Shown here: one piece after another, positions 1 to 8,911 of the stretch
How the letters are laid out: each line of letters begins with the position of its first letter
Position numbering within the stretch: the stretch's first letter is position 1
Source of the DNA: an uncultured Candidatus Saccharibacteria bacterium
GTDB taxonomy: Bacteria > Patescibacteriota > Saccharimonadia > Saccharimonadales > EFPC-124
Direction of reading: 5' to 3'
Length of the DNA: 64,000 nt
Assembly (NCBI GenBank): GCA_964550035.1
Contig: CAZJVU010000001.1
Span: 83,990-147,989 of the forward strand
Made by a program: the position numbers and the translations under genes
Notes under the pieces: generated by a model
Seen by the model: only the letters and a program-made list of their open reading frames with translations
Database searches by the model: none
What the model was told of the DNA's origin: nothing

Positions 1-2
1 TT

Positions 3-236
3 GACGCTATCGGGGGCGTGCTTGTATTTCGTGGGCCGGGTTCTTTTACCGGGCTGCGCATTGGCATTACGGTGGCGAACACATTGAGCCATGGGCTATC
101 GGTGCCGATTGTGGGGATTGCCGACGAGCACGAATGGCTCGAGCGGGGTCTGGCCAAGCTAAAAGATGGCGAAAGCGACCAGCTTGTTATGCCGGAGTAT
201 GGTGCCGAAGCACACATTACTCAGCAGAAGAAATAG
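3..236 (+). CDS. tsaB: TsaB (tRNA t6A biosynthesis, YeaZ family), C-terminal part; 5' end outside window
   Basis: Frame stays open to the window edge. FRGPGSFTGLRIGITVANTL matches the conserved TsaB/YeaZ motif. Listed ORF 18..236 is its in-frame tail. Confidence 0.75.
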   Translation, partial: DAIGGVLVFRGPGSFTGLRIGITVANTLSHGLSVPIVGIADEHEWLERGLAKLKDGESDQLVMPEYGAEAHITQQKK

Positions 237-248
237 CGCTTTAGGTAT

Positions 249-278
249 TTGACGAAACTATCTTTTCGCATGTATAGT
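249..278 (+). promoter_or_regulatory. sigma70-type promoter for 317..811
   Basis: TTGACG (249-254), 18-nt spacer, TATAGT (273-278). This rules out the GTG at 281 as the start codon. Confidence 0.5.
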
Positions 279-316
279 ACGTGCGTTCTTGTTGCCAACA
301 GATTGGAAGAGCCGCG

Positions 317-811
317 ATGGGCACATTCCATCCTACACTCCCTGACGCTCAGGCGTTGATACTGGTGCGCGCTGCGCTGGCGGTTCGGGCGATCTGCATC
401 GAAGTGGCCGCGAGCATGGAAGGCCAGCCGAATGCTCCTCGCTACGGCCGGCCTCTGGCTTGGCCGCCACACCTCAAGGCCAGGCCGGCCAACGGCGCCG
501 GACTGTCGTTAGTGCTCGAAGGGTTGCCGCTGAGGGTCGCCTCGGAGTGGGGCACGCTGGAGATTGCGCCTTCGTGTTCGGAGGCGACGTCGCAGCAGAC
601 CAAGAAGGTTCTGCAGCAGCTCGCTGCGCGCCATGTTGTGCTCGACCTGGAGGGTGACCCGGACACCGAGTTCTTGCTGGTCGCGCACGTCAAGTCAGTG
701 CGCGGTGTACCGCTGCCGGCCGTCGACCCGGGTGGTCCCGGCGCGTTCCGATACTTCACGGAAGCCAAGCGGGCTTACCTGGCGGCGTGCGAGGCGATCG
801 TCCGCCGATAA
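317..811 (+). CDS. hypothetical protein (high-GC3 unit 1)
   Basis: ATG at 317 follows GGAAGAG. Codons mostly end in G/C. Own promoter and hairpin. No recognisable motif. Confidence 0.6.
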   Translation: MGTFHPTLPDAQALILVRAALAVRAICIEVAASMEGQPNAPRYGRPLAWPPHLKARPANGAGLSLVLEGLPLRVASEWGTLEIAPSCSEATSQQTKKVLQQLAARHVVLDLEGDPDTEFLLVAHVKSVRGVPLPAVDPGGPGAFRYFTEAKRAYLAACEAIVRR

Positions 812-837
812 GCCGCAGGAGCCCTCGAGGCCCAACG

Positions 838-880
838 AAAAAGAGGCTCCGCGGAGCCCATTTCCGCGGGCCTCTTTTTC
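838..880 (+). terminator. intrinsic terminator hairpin
   Basis: AAAAAGAGGC..GCCTCTTTTT arms with inner CCGCGG pairing and a T-run. Confidence 0.7.
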
Positions 881-1089
881 GTATTTATAATGCGTTTGAC
901 TATCTTTCGTTGTGGAGCGTACAATGAAAATGGTTTTCTTATACATTAAGACAAGATAACCGACTGACTGCTTTTCATTACATACTTAAGAATTTTTCTG
1001 ATACACCCTTGGACTTTAGCGGGCCCTGATAGTTGCTCACCGCGACGCCGCACACCAAGCGGTTGTGTCGTGAACAGAAAGGAAATGCT

Positions 1090-2607
1090 ATGGAAATAGC
1101 TGCTGTAATTGCCGCCATTTTAGCCGGTACTGCTGCTGGTGTTGGCGGAACGACATTACTGGCGAGGCGCCAAGGGGTGTCTGGTGCGCACAAAGCCGAG
1201 GAACTTATAGCAAAAGCAAAAAACGAGGCTCAAGACATTCTCCTTGAGGCCAAGAACAAAGCGCTCGCCGTCACGGAAGAGGCCAACAAAGCCGAGCAAA
1301 TTCGGCGCAAAGAAGTAAAAGCTGCCGAGAATCGCATCGCTGATCGCGAGCAGACACTCGACAAGAAGCTCGACGATCTCGACAAGCGCTCCGAAAAGCT
1401 CCGCAAAGCTGAATCCGAAGTCGACAACCTCAAGCAAGAGATTCGCGATATTCGAAGCAAGCAGCAAGAAAAGCTCGAGAAGATCGCCGGCCTCACCAAG
1501 AAGGACGCCGCCCAAAAACTCATGACAATGACTGAGCGCGACATTCGGAACGACCTCGTCGGTCTGGTCGCCAAGCTCCAGGCTGACGCCGAGCGCGACG
1601 CCGAAGAGCGTGCGCAGGTTGTATTGGTCAGCGCGATGGAGCGTATGGCTTCTGAGGTGACTGCCGAGAAGACCGTGACCGCTGTGAAGCTCGAAGACGA
1701 AGAAATGAAAGGTCGCATTATCGGCAAAGAAGGCCGCAACATCCAGGCGCTCCAGCGCGAGACAGGTGTTGACGTGCTTGTGGACGACACGCCTGGTATG
1801 GTTATCCTCAGCAGTTTCGACCCGGTTCGCCGCCAGGTTGCCCGCGTGGCGCTCGAGCTCCTTATGAAAGACGGTCGTATCCATCCGGCGCGCATCGAAG
1901 AAGTCGTGGCCAAAGCTCACAAACAGATCGACAAAGAAATCGACCAAGCTGGTGAAGACGCCGCGCGTGAAGTTGGCGTTGTAGGCATTCCGAAGGAAGT
2001 TTTGCGACTCCTGGGTGAGCTGAAGTTCCGCACCAGTTACGGCCAGAACGTGTTGAAGCACTCTACCGAGATGGCTCACATTGCTGGCCTCATCGCCGAA
2101 GACATCGGCGCTGACGTTCGCACCGCAAAGTACGCGGCGCTGATCCACGACATGGGCAAGGCGCTGACGCACAAGATGGAAGGCAAGCACCACCACATCA
2201 GCGGTGAAATGGCTCGCAAGTATGGCGTGCCAGAGGAAGTCGCTGTTGCTGCCGAACAACACCACGATGATGTCGAAGCCACAACGCCAGAGGCACTCAT
2301 CGTCCGTGTCGTCGACGCCCTCAGTGCTGCTCGTCCGGGTGCTCGTAACATTAGTGCCGAGAACTTTGTGGAGCGCATGCGTGAGCTCGAGAATGTCGCG
2401 ACCAGTTTCGATGGTATCGACAAGGCCTACGCCATTAGCGCTGGCCGCGAAATTCGCGTGATCGTGAAGCCGCAATCTATCGACGATCTCAGCGCGATCA
2501 AGCTCGCCCGTGATATTGCCACTAAGATCGAGAGCACCATGCAATACCCTGGTACGATCAAGGTGAACGTCGTCCGAGAAACCCGCGCAATCGAATACGC
2601 CAAATAG
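1090..2607 (+). CDS. rny: ribonuclease Y
   Basis: N-terminal TM helix, coiled-coil, KH motif (IGKEGRNIQALQRETGVDV) and HD domain (HSTEMAHIAG..IHDMGK). ATG at 1090 follows GAAAGGAA; the track start at 1033 is less likely. Confidence 0.93.
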   Translation: MEIAAVIAAILAGTAAGVGGTTLLARRQGVSGAHKAEELIAKAKNEAQDILLEAKNKALAVTEEANKAEQIRRKEVKAAENRIADREQTLDKKLDDLDKRSEKLRKAESEVDNLKQEIRDIRSKQQEKLEKIAGLTKKDAAQKLMTMTERDIRNDLVGLVAKLQADAERDAEERAQVVLVSAMERMASEVTAEKTVTAVKLEDEEMKGRIIGKEGRNIQALQRETGVDVLVDDTPGMVILSSFDPVRRQVARVALELLMKDGRIHPARIEEVVAKAHKQIDKEIDQAGEDAAREVGVVGIPKEVLRLLGELKFRTSYGQNVLKHSTEMAHIAGLIAEDIGADVRTAKYAALIHDMGKALTHKMEGKHHHISGEMARKYGVPEEVAVAAEQHHDDVEATTPEALIVRVVDALSAARPGARNISAENFVERMRELENVATSFDGIDKAYAISAGREIRVIVKPQSIDDLSAIKLARDIATKIESTMQYPGTIKVNVVRETRAIEYAK

Positions 2608-2667
2608 TCCTCTTGTGGCTGCCCCCGACGTTCGCGTACTATTAGAACTATAGTCGAAGGGAGCGCC

Positions 2668-3603
2668 ATGTCAGCCAGCCAAGTTGTAAACGATATTTTT
2701 CAGAAAGCGACCACAACTCGATCGGTTATCGTCTTGGTATTGGTCTTTGCGGTGGCGTATATCCTGAGCACACTCGGCGCGAAGCTCGTTGTGAAACTTG
2801 CCCAGGCGATCTCGGTGCGCTCAGATACGGCTTCGACAGAGGAGCGCAGTATTCGACTGCGCCGCGTTGAGACATATCTGAGCGTGGGTATTGCGATTAT
2901 GCGTGCGGTTATCATCGGGGCGGCCGCGTATATTGCCTTTACTATAATCCTGCCGGAGCAAGGTGCGTTGGTGACAACCATTGGCGCCGGTACGTTCTTC
3001 ATCGTGATTGCGAACGCGACGGTTGCGCCGCTACTGCGTGACTTTACGTCGGGTGCAGTGATGATCGTCGAGCGGTGGTTCTCGGTAGGCGACTTTGTAC
3101 GAGTAGAGCCATTCATCGAGGTCGGCGGTGTGGTCGAGCGGGTCACGCTTCGCTCGACAAAGCTTCGTGACCTCAACGGCGAAACGATCTGGCTTCACAA
3201 CCAATACATCCAGGGCGTCAAAGTGACCCCGCGCGGCGTGCGAACCATGGCCGTCGATGTTTTTGTGCGTAAACCAGATGAAGCCGAAGAAATTTTGCGC
3301 GATGTCGCCAAGACGCTCCCAACCGGCCCAACTATGCTCGTGCGTCCACTTGCTATCCAAGAGAAGGAGCAACTTGCCGATAATCTCTGGCGTATCACTA
3401 TGATGGCCCACACGGCGCCGGGGCGTGAATGGCTTATCCAGGATTTCCTGGCGCCCGCCATCAAAGACGCCGATGCCTCGCGAGGCAATAAGGGCAAAGA
3501 GCGAATCATCGTCTACGGTCCGCTCGTACGCTACGCCGACGAGCTCGCCGAGAAACGCTTTCGCCGCGCTGTTCGCGTGGGTAATAAGCTCCGAGCAGGA
3601 TAG
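2668..3603 (+). CDS. MscS-family mechanosensitive channel
   Basis: Three N-terminal TM helices followed by VGDFVRV..GGVVERVTLRSTKLRDLNGETIWLHNQ, a typical MscS beta-domain. Confidence 0.8.
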   Translation: MSASQVVNDIFQKATTTRSVIVLVLVFAVAYILSTLGAKLVVKLAQAISVRSDTASTEERSIRLRRVETYLSVGIAIMRAVIIGAAAYIAFTIILPEQGALVTTIGAGTFFIVIANATVAPLLRDFTSGAVMIVERWFSVGDFVRVEPFIEVGGVVERVTLRSTKLRDLNGETIWLHNQYIQGVKVTPRGVRTMAVDVFVRKPDEAEEILRDVAKTLPTGPTMLVRPLAIQEKEQLADNLWRITMMAHTAPGREWLIQDFLAPAIKDADASRGNKGKERIIVYGPLVRYADELAEKRFRRAVRVGNKLRAG

Positions 3604-3745
3604 CAATGACCGTCGAAGAAGTCCACTAGTTATTCCTCGACGGGTCGAACAGATTGCCGAGCTATGTTATCGTTACTTTGAAGCCCTCTCGCGGAAGGCG
3701 AACGAATCACAAGCACGTAAAGGCGTCTGACGCGCGGCGAAAATT

Positions 3746-4564
3746 ATGAGCAATTATCTACGAGTACTCTATATTGGTGACATCATGGGCAGACCTGGGC
3801 GCGACGTGGCCAAGAAGTTGCTGCCAGGGCTACTAAAGACGCTCAAGCCTGATCTCACGATCGCCCAAGCTGAGAACGTGACGCACGGCAAGGGGATGAG
3901 CCCGACACATATGCGTGAGCTACAGGAGGCCGGTATACAGTTCTTCACCGGTGGCAATCATACTATTGAGCGGCCAGCAATCAAGCCGCTCCTGGCTGAC
4001 CCTGCCGAACCGGTTATCGCGCCTATCAACCAGCACGGTGTGGAGCCAGAGTGGGGCGTGAAGGCTATCGAGACAAAGCACGGCATTGTGCAGGTGATCA
4101 GCTTGCTTGGCACGGTCTTCCCAAACATCAACGGCTACATGCAGAACCCGCTGCAGGCGATGGATGCGATTTTGGCTAAGACGACTGGTCCGTATGCGGC
4201 ACGCATTGTCAATTTCCACGCTGATTGGTCGAGCGAGAAGCGCGTGATTGGGTACTATCTGGATGGAAAAGTGAGCGCTGTCGTGGGTGACCACTGGCAT
4301 GTGCCGACCGCTGACGCCATGGTTCTGCCCAAAGGCACGGCGCATATTACCGATGTCGGCATGGTCGGTACGCTCCATTCGTCGCTGGGTGTGAGCGTGA
4401 GCACGATCGTCGACCGTTGGCATGACGGCGTGGCTAATAAGAACGACATCGCCGAGGACGCGCCGTTCCAGTTCAATGCCGTGCTGATTGAAATTGACCC
4501 CAAAAACGGACAGGCCCGATCGATCGAGCCTGTCCAAAAGGTTATTGAATCGCTGGAGTCTTAG
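3746..4564 (+). CDS. ymdB: YmdB-like metallophosphoesterase (TIGR00282 family)
   Basis: LRVLYIGDIMGRPGR..AENVTHGKG..GGNHT motifs. Synteny with rny as in Firmicutes. Confidence 0.85.
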   Translation: MSNYLRVLYIGDIMGRPGRDVAKKLLPGLLKTLKPDLTIAQAENVTHGKGMSPTHMRELQEAGIQFFTGGNHTIERPAIKPLLADPAEPVIAPINQHGVEPEWGVKAIETKHGIVQVISLLGTVFPNINGYMQNPLQAMDAILAKTTGPYAARIVNFHADWSSEKRVIGYYLDGKVSAVVGDHWHVPTADAMVLPKGTAHITDVGMVGTLHSSLGVSVSTIVDRWHDGVANKNDIAEDAPFQFNAVLIEIDPKNGQARSIEPVQKVIESLES

Positions 4565-6036
4565 GCGCCAGGAACGGCAGCCAAGGCTTCGGCTTCGCTT
4601 TCGCGTTCTTCGCTGAGCGATGCGGTTGGTTTCTTCGAGCGAAGGACAACGAGTGCCACGACGCTTGCGGCGATCGCAAAGAACACGGCAGCACGGAATC
4701 CTTCCTGGAATCCATGCACCAGTGCCTCTGGCAGAAGCGCAGGATTGCCATGTGCTGCGGCGAGTTTGTCGTTCGTTGCTTGCGTTGAAATGACGCTGAG
4801 AACCGCCAGGCCAAGCGCGCCACCAATCTGCTGCGCAGTGTTGAGCAGGCCAGAAACGAGGCCAGACTCTTTGTGGCTCACACCACTCGTCGCGGTAACG
4901 GTAACGAGTACAAACCCGACTGCCATACCAGCGGCCATCGTAATGATACCGGGCAGTAGATCGATCCAATAGTTACTCGTGAGCGGCAAGCGCGACAGGT
5001 AGAGCAATCCACCAGCAACAAGCAATGGAGCTGCCACGAGGAATGGCTTGGGGTTGATCTTTGCGGCTCGGCGCGACAGAAAACCGGCGATGAGAATTAT
5101 TACGAGAGTGAATGGCACATTCGCAATACCCGTCTCGGTTGGTGTGTAGTGTAGCAAGCCCTGCAGGTAAATCGACAGGTAGAAGAACATGCTAAACATT
5201 GCCGCTGGCATAAATGTCTGAATCAGCGCACCGCCAGTTACATTGCGCCGCTTAAAGATCGACAAGTCGATCAGCGGTTGCTTGACGAGTCGCTCATTTA
5301 CAATGAACGCCGCAAGAAGTACGGCCGAAGCCACAAACATCCAGATCGTGTTTGCGCCAGCCCAGCCAAACTCAGGCACTTTGGCGAGCGCATACACAGC
5401 AGCCATCAGGCTACCGGTAATGGTGAGCGCACCGAGAATGTCGAGTTTCTGCTTTGCAGTCGGGATGCTTGCCGGTACGAAGCGCGGTGCAAGCAGTAAG
5501 ACTGCTATCGCGATCGGTACGTTAATAAAGAACGTCCAGCGCCAATCAACAAACTGCGTGAGCAGTCCACCGAGTACCAGTCCTACGGCGCCACCACCAC
5601 CGGCAACCATACTCCATACGCCAAGCGCGCGGTTGCGCTCTGGGCCTTCTTTGAAGATGGTGAGCACGAGTGACAGGGCCGCTGGTGACAGTAGCGCGCC
5701 ACCAAGACCTTGGATTGCGCGGAAGACAATCAGCTCAGTCGATCCCTGTGCAAAACCACCGAGCAGAGAGGCCACGGCAAAGATTGCCGTACCGATGAGC
5801 AGCATGCGGCGTCGACCAAATAGGTCTGCCAGGCGGCCACCGAGTAGGAGGAATCCGCCGAACACGAGTGCGTAAGCGGTCACAATCCACTGGAGGTCAG
5901 AGGCAGAAGCAAAGCCGAGTGACTTTTGAATGGCAGGTAGGGCAACATTGACGATCGTAGCGTCAAGGATCACCATAAACTGCGCAGTCGCGAGCAGTGC
6001 AAGCGCCAGGCCTTTATGTTTTACCTTTTCAATCAT
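4561..6036 (-). CDS. MFS transporter, DHA2 (EmrB/QacA-like, 14-TMS) family
   Basis: LLATAQFMVILDATIVNVALPAI and GRLADLFGRRR motifs. About 14 hydrophobic segments. Confidence 0.85.
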   Translation of the reverse strand: MIEKVKHKGLALALLATAQFMVILDATIVNVALPAIQKSLGFASASDLQWIVTAYALVFGGFLLLGGRLADLFGRRRMLLIGTAIFAVASLLGGFAQGSTELIVFRAIQGLGGALLSPAALSLVLTIFKEGPERNRALGVWSMVAGGGGAVGLVLGGLLTQFVDWRWTFFINVPIAIAVLLLAPRFVPASIPTAKQKLDILGALTITGSLMAAVYALAKVPEFGWAGANTIWMFVASAVLLAAFIVNERLVKQPLIDLSIFKRRNVTGGALIQTFMPAAMFSMFFYLSIYLQGLLHYTPTETGIANVPFTLVIILIAGFLSRRAAKINPKPFLVAAPLLVAGGLLYLSRLPLTSNYWIDLLPGIITMAAGMAVGFVLVTVTATSGVSHKESGLVSGLLNTAQQIGGALGLAVLSVISTQATNDKLAAAHGNPALLPEALVHGFQEGFRAAVFFAIAASVVALVVLRSKKPTASLSEERESEAEALAAVPGA

Positions 6037-6135
6037 TATTTCTCCTTCGTTTTAATTACTTGAGGTACCAAAGTAATAGTATACATATATATTTGAAGTA
6101 TTCAAGTATTTACAATTTCATGTATAATATGTCGT
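6037..6135. promoter_or_regulatory. AT-rich divergent promoter/operator region between MFS and marR
   Basis: Imperfect palindromes TACTTGAGGTACCAAAGTA and TTGAAGTATTCAA. TATAAT at 6123-6128 lies 7 nt before the marR ATG. Confidence 0.45.
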
Positions 6136-6540
6136 ATGGAACTTACAGCCGAAGTCGTTTGTCAGGATTTGCTCTCACTACTGAGCCGTTTCAAGCAAGA
6201 AATGGGCTCTATTGCTGACGAGCGGGGTCTGACGCCTGTGCAGCTCGCGGCGCTCTATAGGATAGACGAGCATGGTGAGCTGGCGATGGGTAAGGTTGCG
6301 CATGTCTTGCACTGTGACCCATCTAATGTAACAGGCATCGTCGATCGACTTGTCGGACACCATCTCGTGACCCGTCAGGAATGCGCAACCGACCGCCGCG
6401 CCAAGACAATCGCGCTGACCGATGAGGGTAAAAAAGTCGTCACAGAAATTATGAAAACCATGCCAGATCGGCTCGGCTGCTCTAAATTTACCCAGGCCGA
6501 GCGTGAGGCGATACATTCGGCTGTGCAGAAAGTTAGCTAG
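6136..6540 (+). CDS. MarR family transcriptional regulator
   Basis: Winged-helix pattern LTPVQLAALYRI..MGKVAHVLHCDPSNVTGIVDRLV..LV.R....DRR. Divergent from an efflux gene. Confidence 0.85.
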   Translation: MELTAEVVCQDLLSLLSRFKQEMGSIADERGLTPVQLAALYRIDEHGELAMGKVAHVLHCDPSNVTGIVDRLVGHHLVTRQECATDRRAKTIALTDEGKKVVTEIMKTMPDRLGCSKFTQAEREAIHSAVQKVS

Positions 6541-7367
6541 GTATTTTCTGGCGGCCCATCCTGGGCTAAGGCTTCTACGACCCGAACTGTCTGCTCGAGC
6601 ATTTTACTAAATCCCTGGAGTAATCCGTCCGTCCGATTTTTATCATCCGTTGCGGTAATCAATGAACTAATCTGGATTTCACCGCTGACTTTGCCTAGTT
6701 TTCTGTCGGAAACAAGGTGAAAGACTGGCGATTCATTTTCAAACGATAGAGAGGGGACGCTGAAGGTCCATTGCCACTCGTGGGGCGGCTCATCCCCAAA
6801 GGGGTCTGCTTTGAGTTCATTCTGTGCGTGACTGATTGCCGTCGCCGCAAGGATGGGCGTGCGGTGTTTGTCGATGTTATTGAATGATGCGAGTCTAAGG
6901 AGGTGGACGCCCACCACTTGGCCTAGATTGAAGGGCTGCAGATTCTTGATGGTGACCTTCAAACTTGCCGGTAAGGCGGCTAGCTTGTGCGATTTATTTT
7001 GCCAGTCTTTTGGAGTTTCGCAGATCGGAAACTCTAGCAGGTTGAGTTTTTCTGTGATGTCGAGCGAGAGCGCTTTTTCATAGACAGCATTGTCAAGCGC
7101 GCTCCTTGTGTTGTGAATCGCGTCACTAAACATAAAGCCCAGCTTTTCTAGAGGTGGCGGGGTGTCTAGCTTAATTCTCCAGGTGCAAGTGAGCCTATCC
7201 TTGGATATAGTTGGTTCAATGGCAAAGTTTGAGTGTTGTTGCCAGTGCTTAATCAATTCCTGCATGGCACGGCCTTGCTCGTCGGCCCATTCAAGCCTTC
7301 TGGCAACGTTAGGTAGTTTCTGATAGACAACATGGGGGATAAAGCTTCGCATAGTTCTATTAGACAT
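6537..7367 (-). CDS. hypothetical protein (lower-GC orphan; possible Abi/HEPN-like, unproven)
   Basis: Single long ORF with natural amino-acid composition. FSDAIHNTRSALDN and FNNIDKHRTPI motifs. No family firmly recognised. Confidence 0.6.
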   Translation of the reverse strand: MSNRTMRSFIPHVVYQKLPNVARRLEWADEQGRAMQELIKHWQQHSNFAIEPTISKDRLTCTWRIKLDTPPPLEKLGFMFSDAIHNTRSALDNAVYEKALSLDITEKLNLLEFPICETPKDWQNKSHKLAALPASLKVTIKNLQPFNLGQVVGVHLLRLASFNNIDKHRTPILAATAISHAQNELKADPFGDEPPHEWQWTFSVPSLSFENESPVFHLVSDRKLGKVSGEIQISSLITATDDKNRTDGLLQGFSKMLEQTVRVVEALAQDGPPENT

Positions 7368-7406
7368 GAAAAAACATCATCGCGCAAAACGGATGATGCC
7401 TTTTCA

Positions 7407-7482
7407 TGGTCGGGGTGAAAGGACTCGAACCTTCGACCTCACGGTCCCAAACCGCGCGCGCTACCAGCTGCGCCACACCCCG
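7407..7482 (-). tRNA. tRNA-Pro (anticodon TGG), CCA encoded
   Basis: Reverse complement folds as a cloverleaf: CGGGGTG acceptor, anticodon loop TTTGGGA, T-loop TTCGAGT. Confidence 0.9.
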
Positions 7483-7578
7483 ATAGGTGTTAATCAAACA
7501 GAATTATACTTGAAATTACCCCTGTGCACAAGAGTATTGCAAAAAGAGTCGGAGAAGGCGTAGTCTAGAAAATAGCTT

Positions 7579-7655
7579 CGGGGATTAGCGCAGCTTGGTA
7601 GCGCGCACCGTTCGGGACGGTGAGGTCGTCGGTTCAAATCCGATATCCCCGACCA
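7579..7655 (+). tRNA. tRNA-Pro (anticodon CGG), CCA encoded
   Basis: CGGGGAT acceptor, anticodon loop TTCGGGA, T-loop TTCAAAT. Confidence 0.9.
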
Positions 7656-7656
7656 T

Positions 7657-8046
7657 TTACGTTATTTCTGGATATCGATCGGCGTTTTTGCGGTAGTACG
7701 CAACCCATTTGTCGTCCTCGTCTATTTCGATGAAGTCGACGTAGAAGCCTTTTGTGAAAGGTCCGTCCTTCTTGTTTTTTATCGATTGAGCCTGCGCTAC
7801 CTCTGAACTGCTGATACCATAGAGCTCTCGTAGATCATCGAGCGCTTGCTGGACGTCTGCGATTTCGGCTGCAATGTCCTGAGGAGGAGCGTGGAGTATT
7901 TCGTGTGCTTCCTCGATGATTTTTTTGATAAGTTCTTCTTTGTGCTCTTCGGTGCCTAGCGAGCGATACGATGGTTTTGCACCGGATGCGGTTTGGTGGT
8001 CAACGATCTTGTCGCGGACGAGCTTCTTCAATTGAAATTTCAACAT
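7657..8046 (-). CDS. MazG-like all-alpha NTP pyrophosphohydrolase (house-cleaning type)
   Basis: N-terminal KLVRDKI motif and EEAHE..EIADV acidic helices, typical of the MazG/PRA-PH superfamily. Confidence 0.65.
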   Translation of the reverse strand: MLKFQLKKLVRDKIVDHQTASGAKPSYRSLGTEEHKEELIKKIIEEAHEILHAPPQDIAAEIADVQQALDDLRELYGISSSEVAQAQSIKNKKDGPFTKGFYVDFIEIDEDDKWVAYYRKNADRYPEIT

Positions 8047-8070
8047 ACTCTAACAATAGCAAAAGTTGGC

Positions 8071-8110
8071 GCGGGGCGGCCCGAGGACACTGCTGCCCGG
8101 GCCGCCCCGC
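8071..8110 (-). terminator. GC-rich hairpin downstream of 8118..8441
   Basis: Perfect 13-bp stem GCGGGGCGGCCCG/CGGGCCGCCCCGC. Confidence 0.65.
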
Positions 8111-8117
8111 CGTTGGC

Positions 8118-8441
8118 CTACCGCGGTCGTGTTCTGAACCACTGGAGGGTCTTGGCCCTCATGTCTAAAAGTTTGGCAGCCTGGAAGGTGTTCAGCACGA
8201 TGTTGTGGTCGGCCATGCTGATCGGCTCGCAGAAGGTCAGGTCCCTGACTTCGCCGGTTTTCGACGAGACGGCCAAGAAAAGTGTTCCTGCGTTCTCCGT
8301 GGCTCGAATGAGGTAGAGACCACTCATTGTGGACAGGTACAGCTCCCAGCCGGCATCATGCTGCCAGATGGGCGTGATGTTTTTGATCCTGGACTCGATG
8401 AGGAGGTTGCGGAGCTCGGCGGTCGCGATCTTCGGATCCAT
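8118..8441 (-). CDS. hypothetical protein (high-GC3 unit 2)
   Basis: AAGGGAG SD before the ATG. Mostly G/C-ending codons. Own hairpin. Confidence 0.6.
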   Translation of the reverse strand: MDPKIATAELRNLLIESRIKNITPIWQHDAGWELYLSTMSGLYLIRATENAGTLFLAVSSKTGEVRDLTFCEPISMADHNIVLNTFQAAKLLDMRAKTLQWFRTRPR

Positions 8442-8503
8442 GATTAACTCCCTTGCGGTCGGGCGTGCTTCTAGCCTACCTTGCCCATGTTAAAATGCCA
8501 ATA

Positions 8504-8893
8504 ATGAATGCAACCAAAGACGCACGAATAGACGATGCAATCGAGGCGCTACCTGAGTGGCAGCGCCTTGTCGCGACTCAAGTGCGCGAGCTCATCCACC
8601 AAGCCGAGCCAGAGATTGAGGAGACGATCAAGCGCGGTGACCGCCCGTACTTCGCACTGCAGGGAACCGTAGCGGCACTGCTTGGCGCAAAAGATCACCT
8701 GAATATATTTATCTACGATCCGATTGCGCCTGACCCGCACAAGATTATCAATCAGGGCGAGGGCAATAAGACTGCGCGAGCAATTCAGTTGTATGAGTAT
8801 GACACGCTGAACGAATCGGCATTTGTCGATCTGATAAAAGCTGTCGTCGCCAACAACCGCGCCGGCGGATGGCGCAAACTCTCAGGAAAATAG
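8504..8893 (+). CDS. DUF1801 (YdhG-like) domain protein
   Basis: Pattern ..LPEWQRLVATQVRELI..AEPEIEETIKRGDRPYF.. resembles YdhG/DUF1801. ATG at 8504 lies 7 nt after TGTTAAAAT, so it is probably leaderless. The track start at 8453 is TTG. Confidence 0.65.
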   Translation: MNATKDARIDDAIEALPEWQRLVATQVRELIHQAEPEIEETIKRGDRPYFALQGTVAALLGAKDHLNIFIYDPIAPDPHKIINQGEGNKTARAIQLYEYDTLNESAFVDLIKAVVANNRAGGWRKLSGK

Positions 8894-8911
8894 TGATATT
8901 ATAAAGCGAAG

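Noticed and set aside
281-316. GTG at 281 as the start of the first high-GC gene
   Set aside because: It lies only 2 nt after the TATAGT -10 box. The ATG at 317 has an SD at proper spacing.
1156-2544. 462-aa ORF antisense to rny (also 1230..1913 and 2076..2423)
   Set aside because: Fully overlaps a well-supported RNase Y gene. Low-complexity composition typical of a shadow frame.
3920-4969. 349-aa minus-strand ORF across ymdB and the MFS gene
   Set aside because: Arg/Trp/Cys-rich nonsense composition. Overlaps two motif-supported genes.
7366-7563. 65-aa ORF covering tRNA-Pro(TGG); also 19509..19775 and 19779..19964 around tRNA-Gly/Arg
   Set aside because: They translate tRNA sequence or spacer hairpins (for example VEGIEPS from a T-arm). 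No SD.
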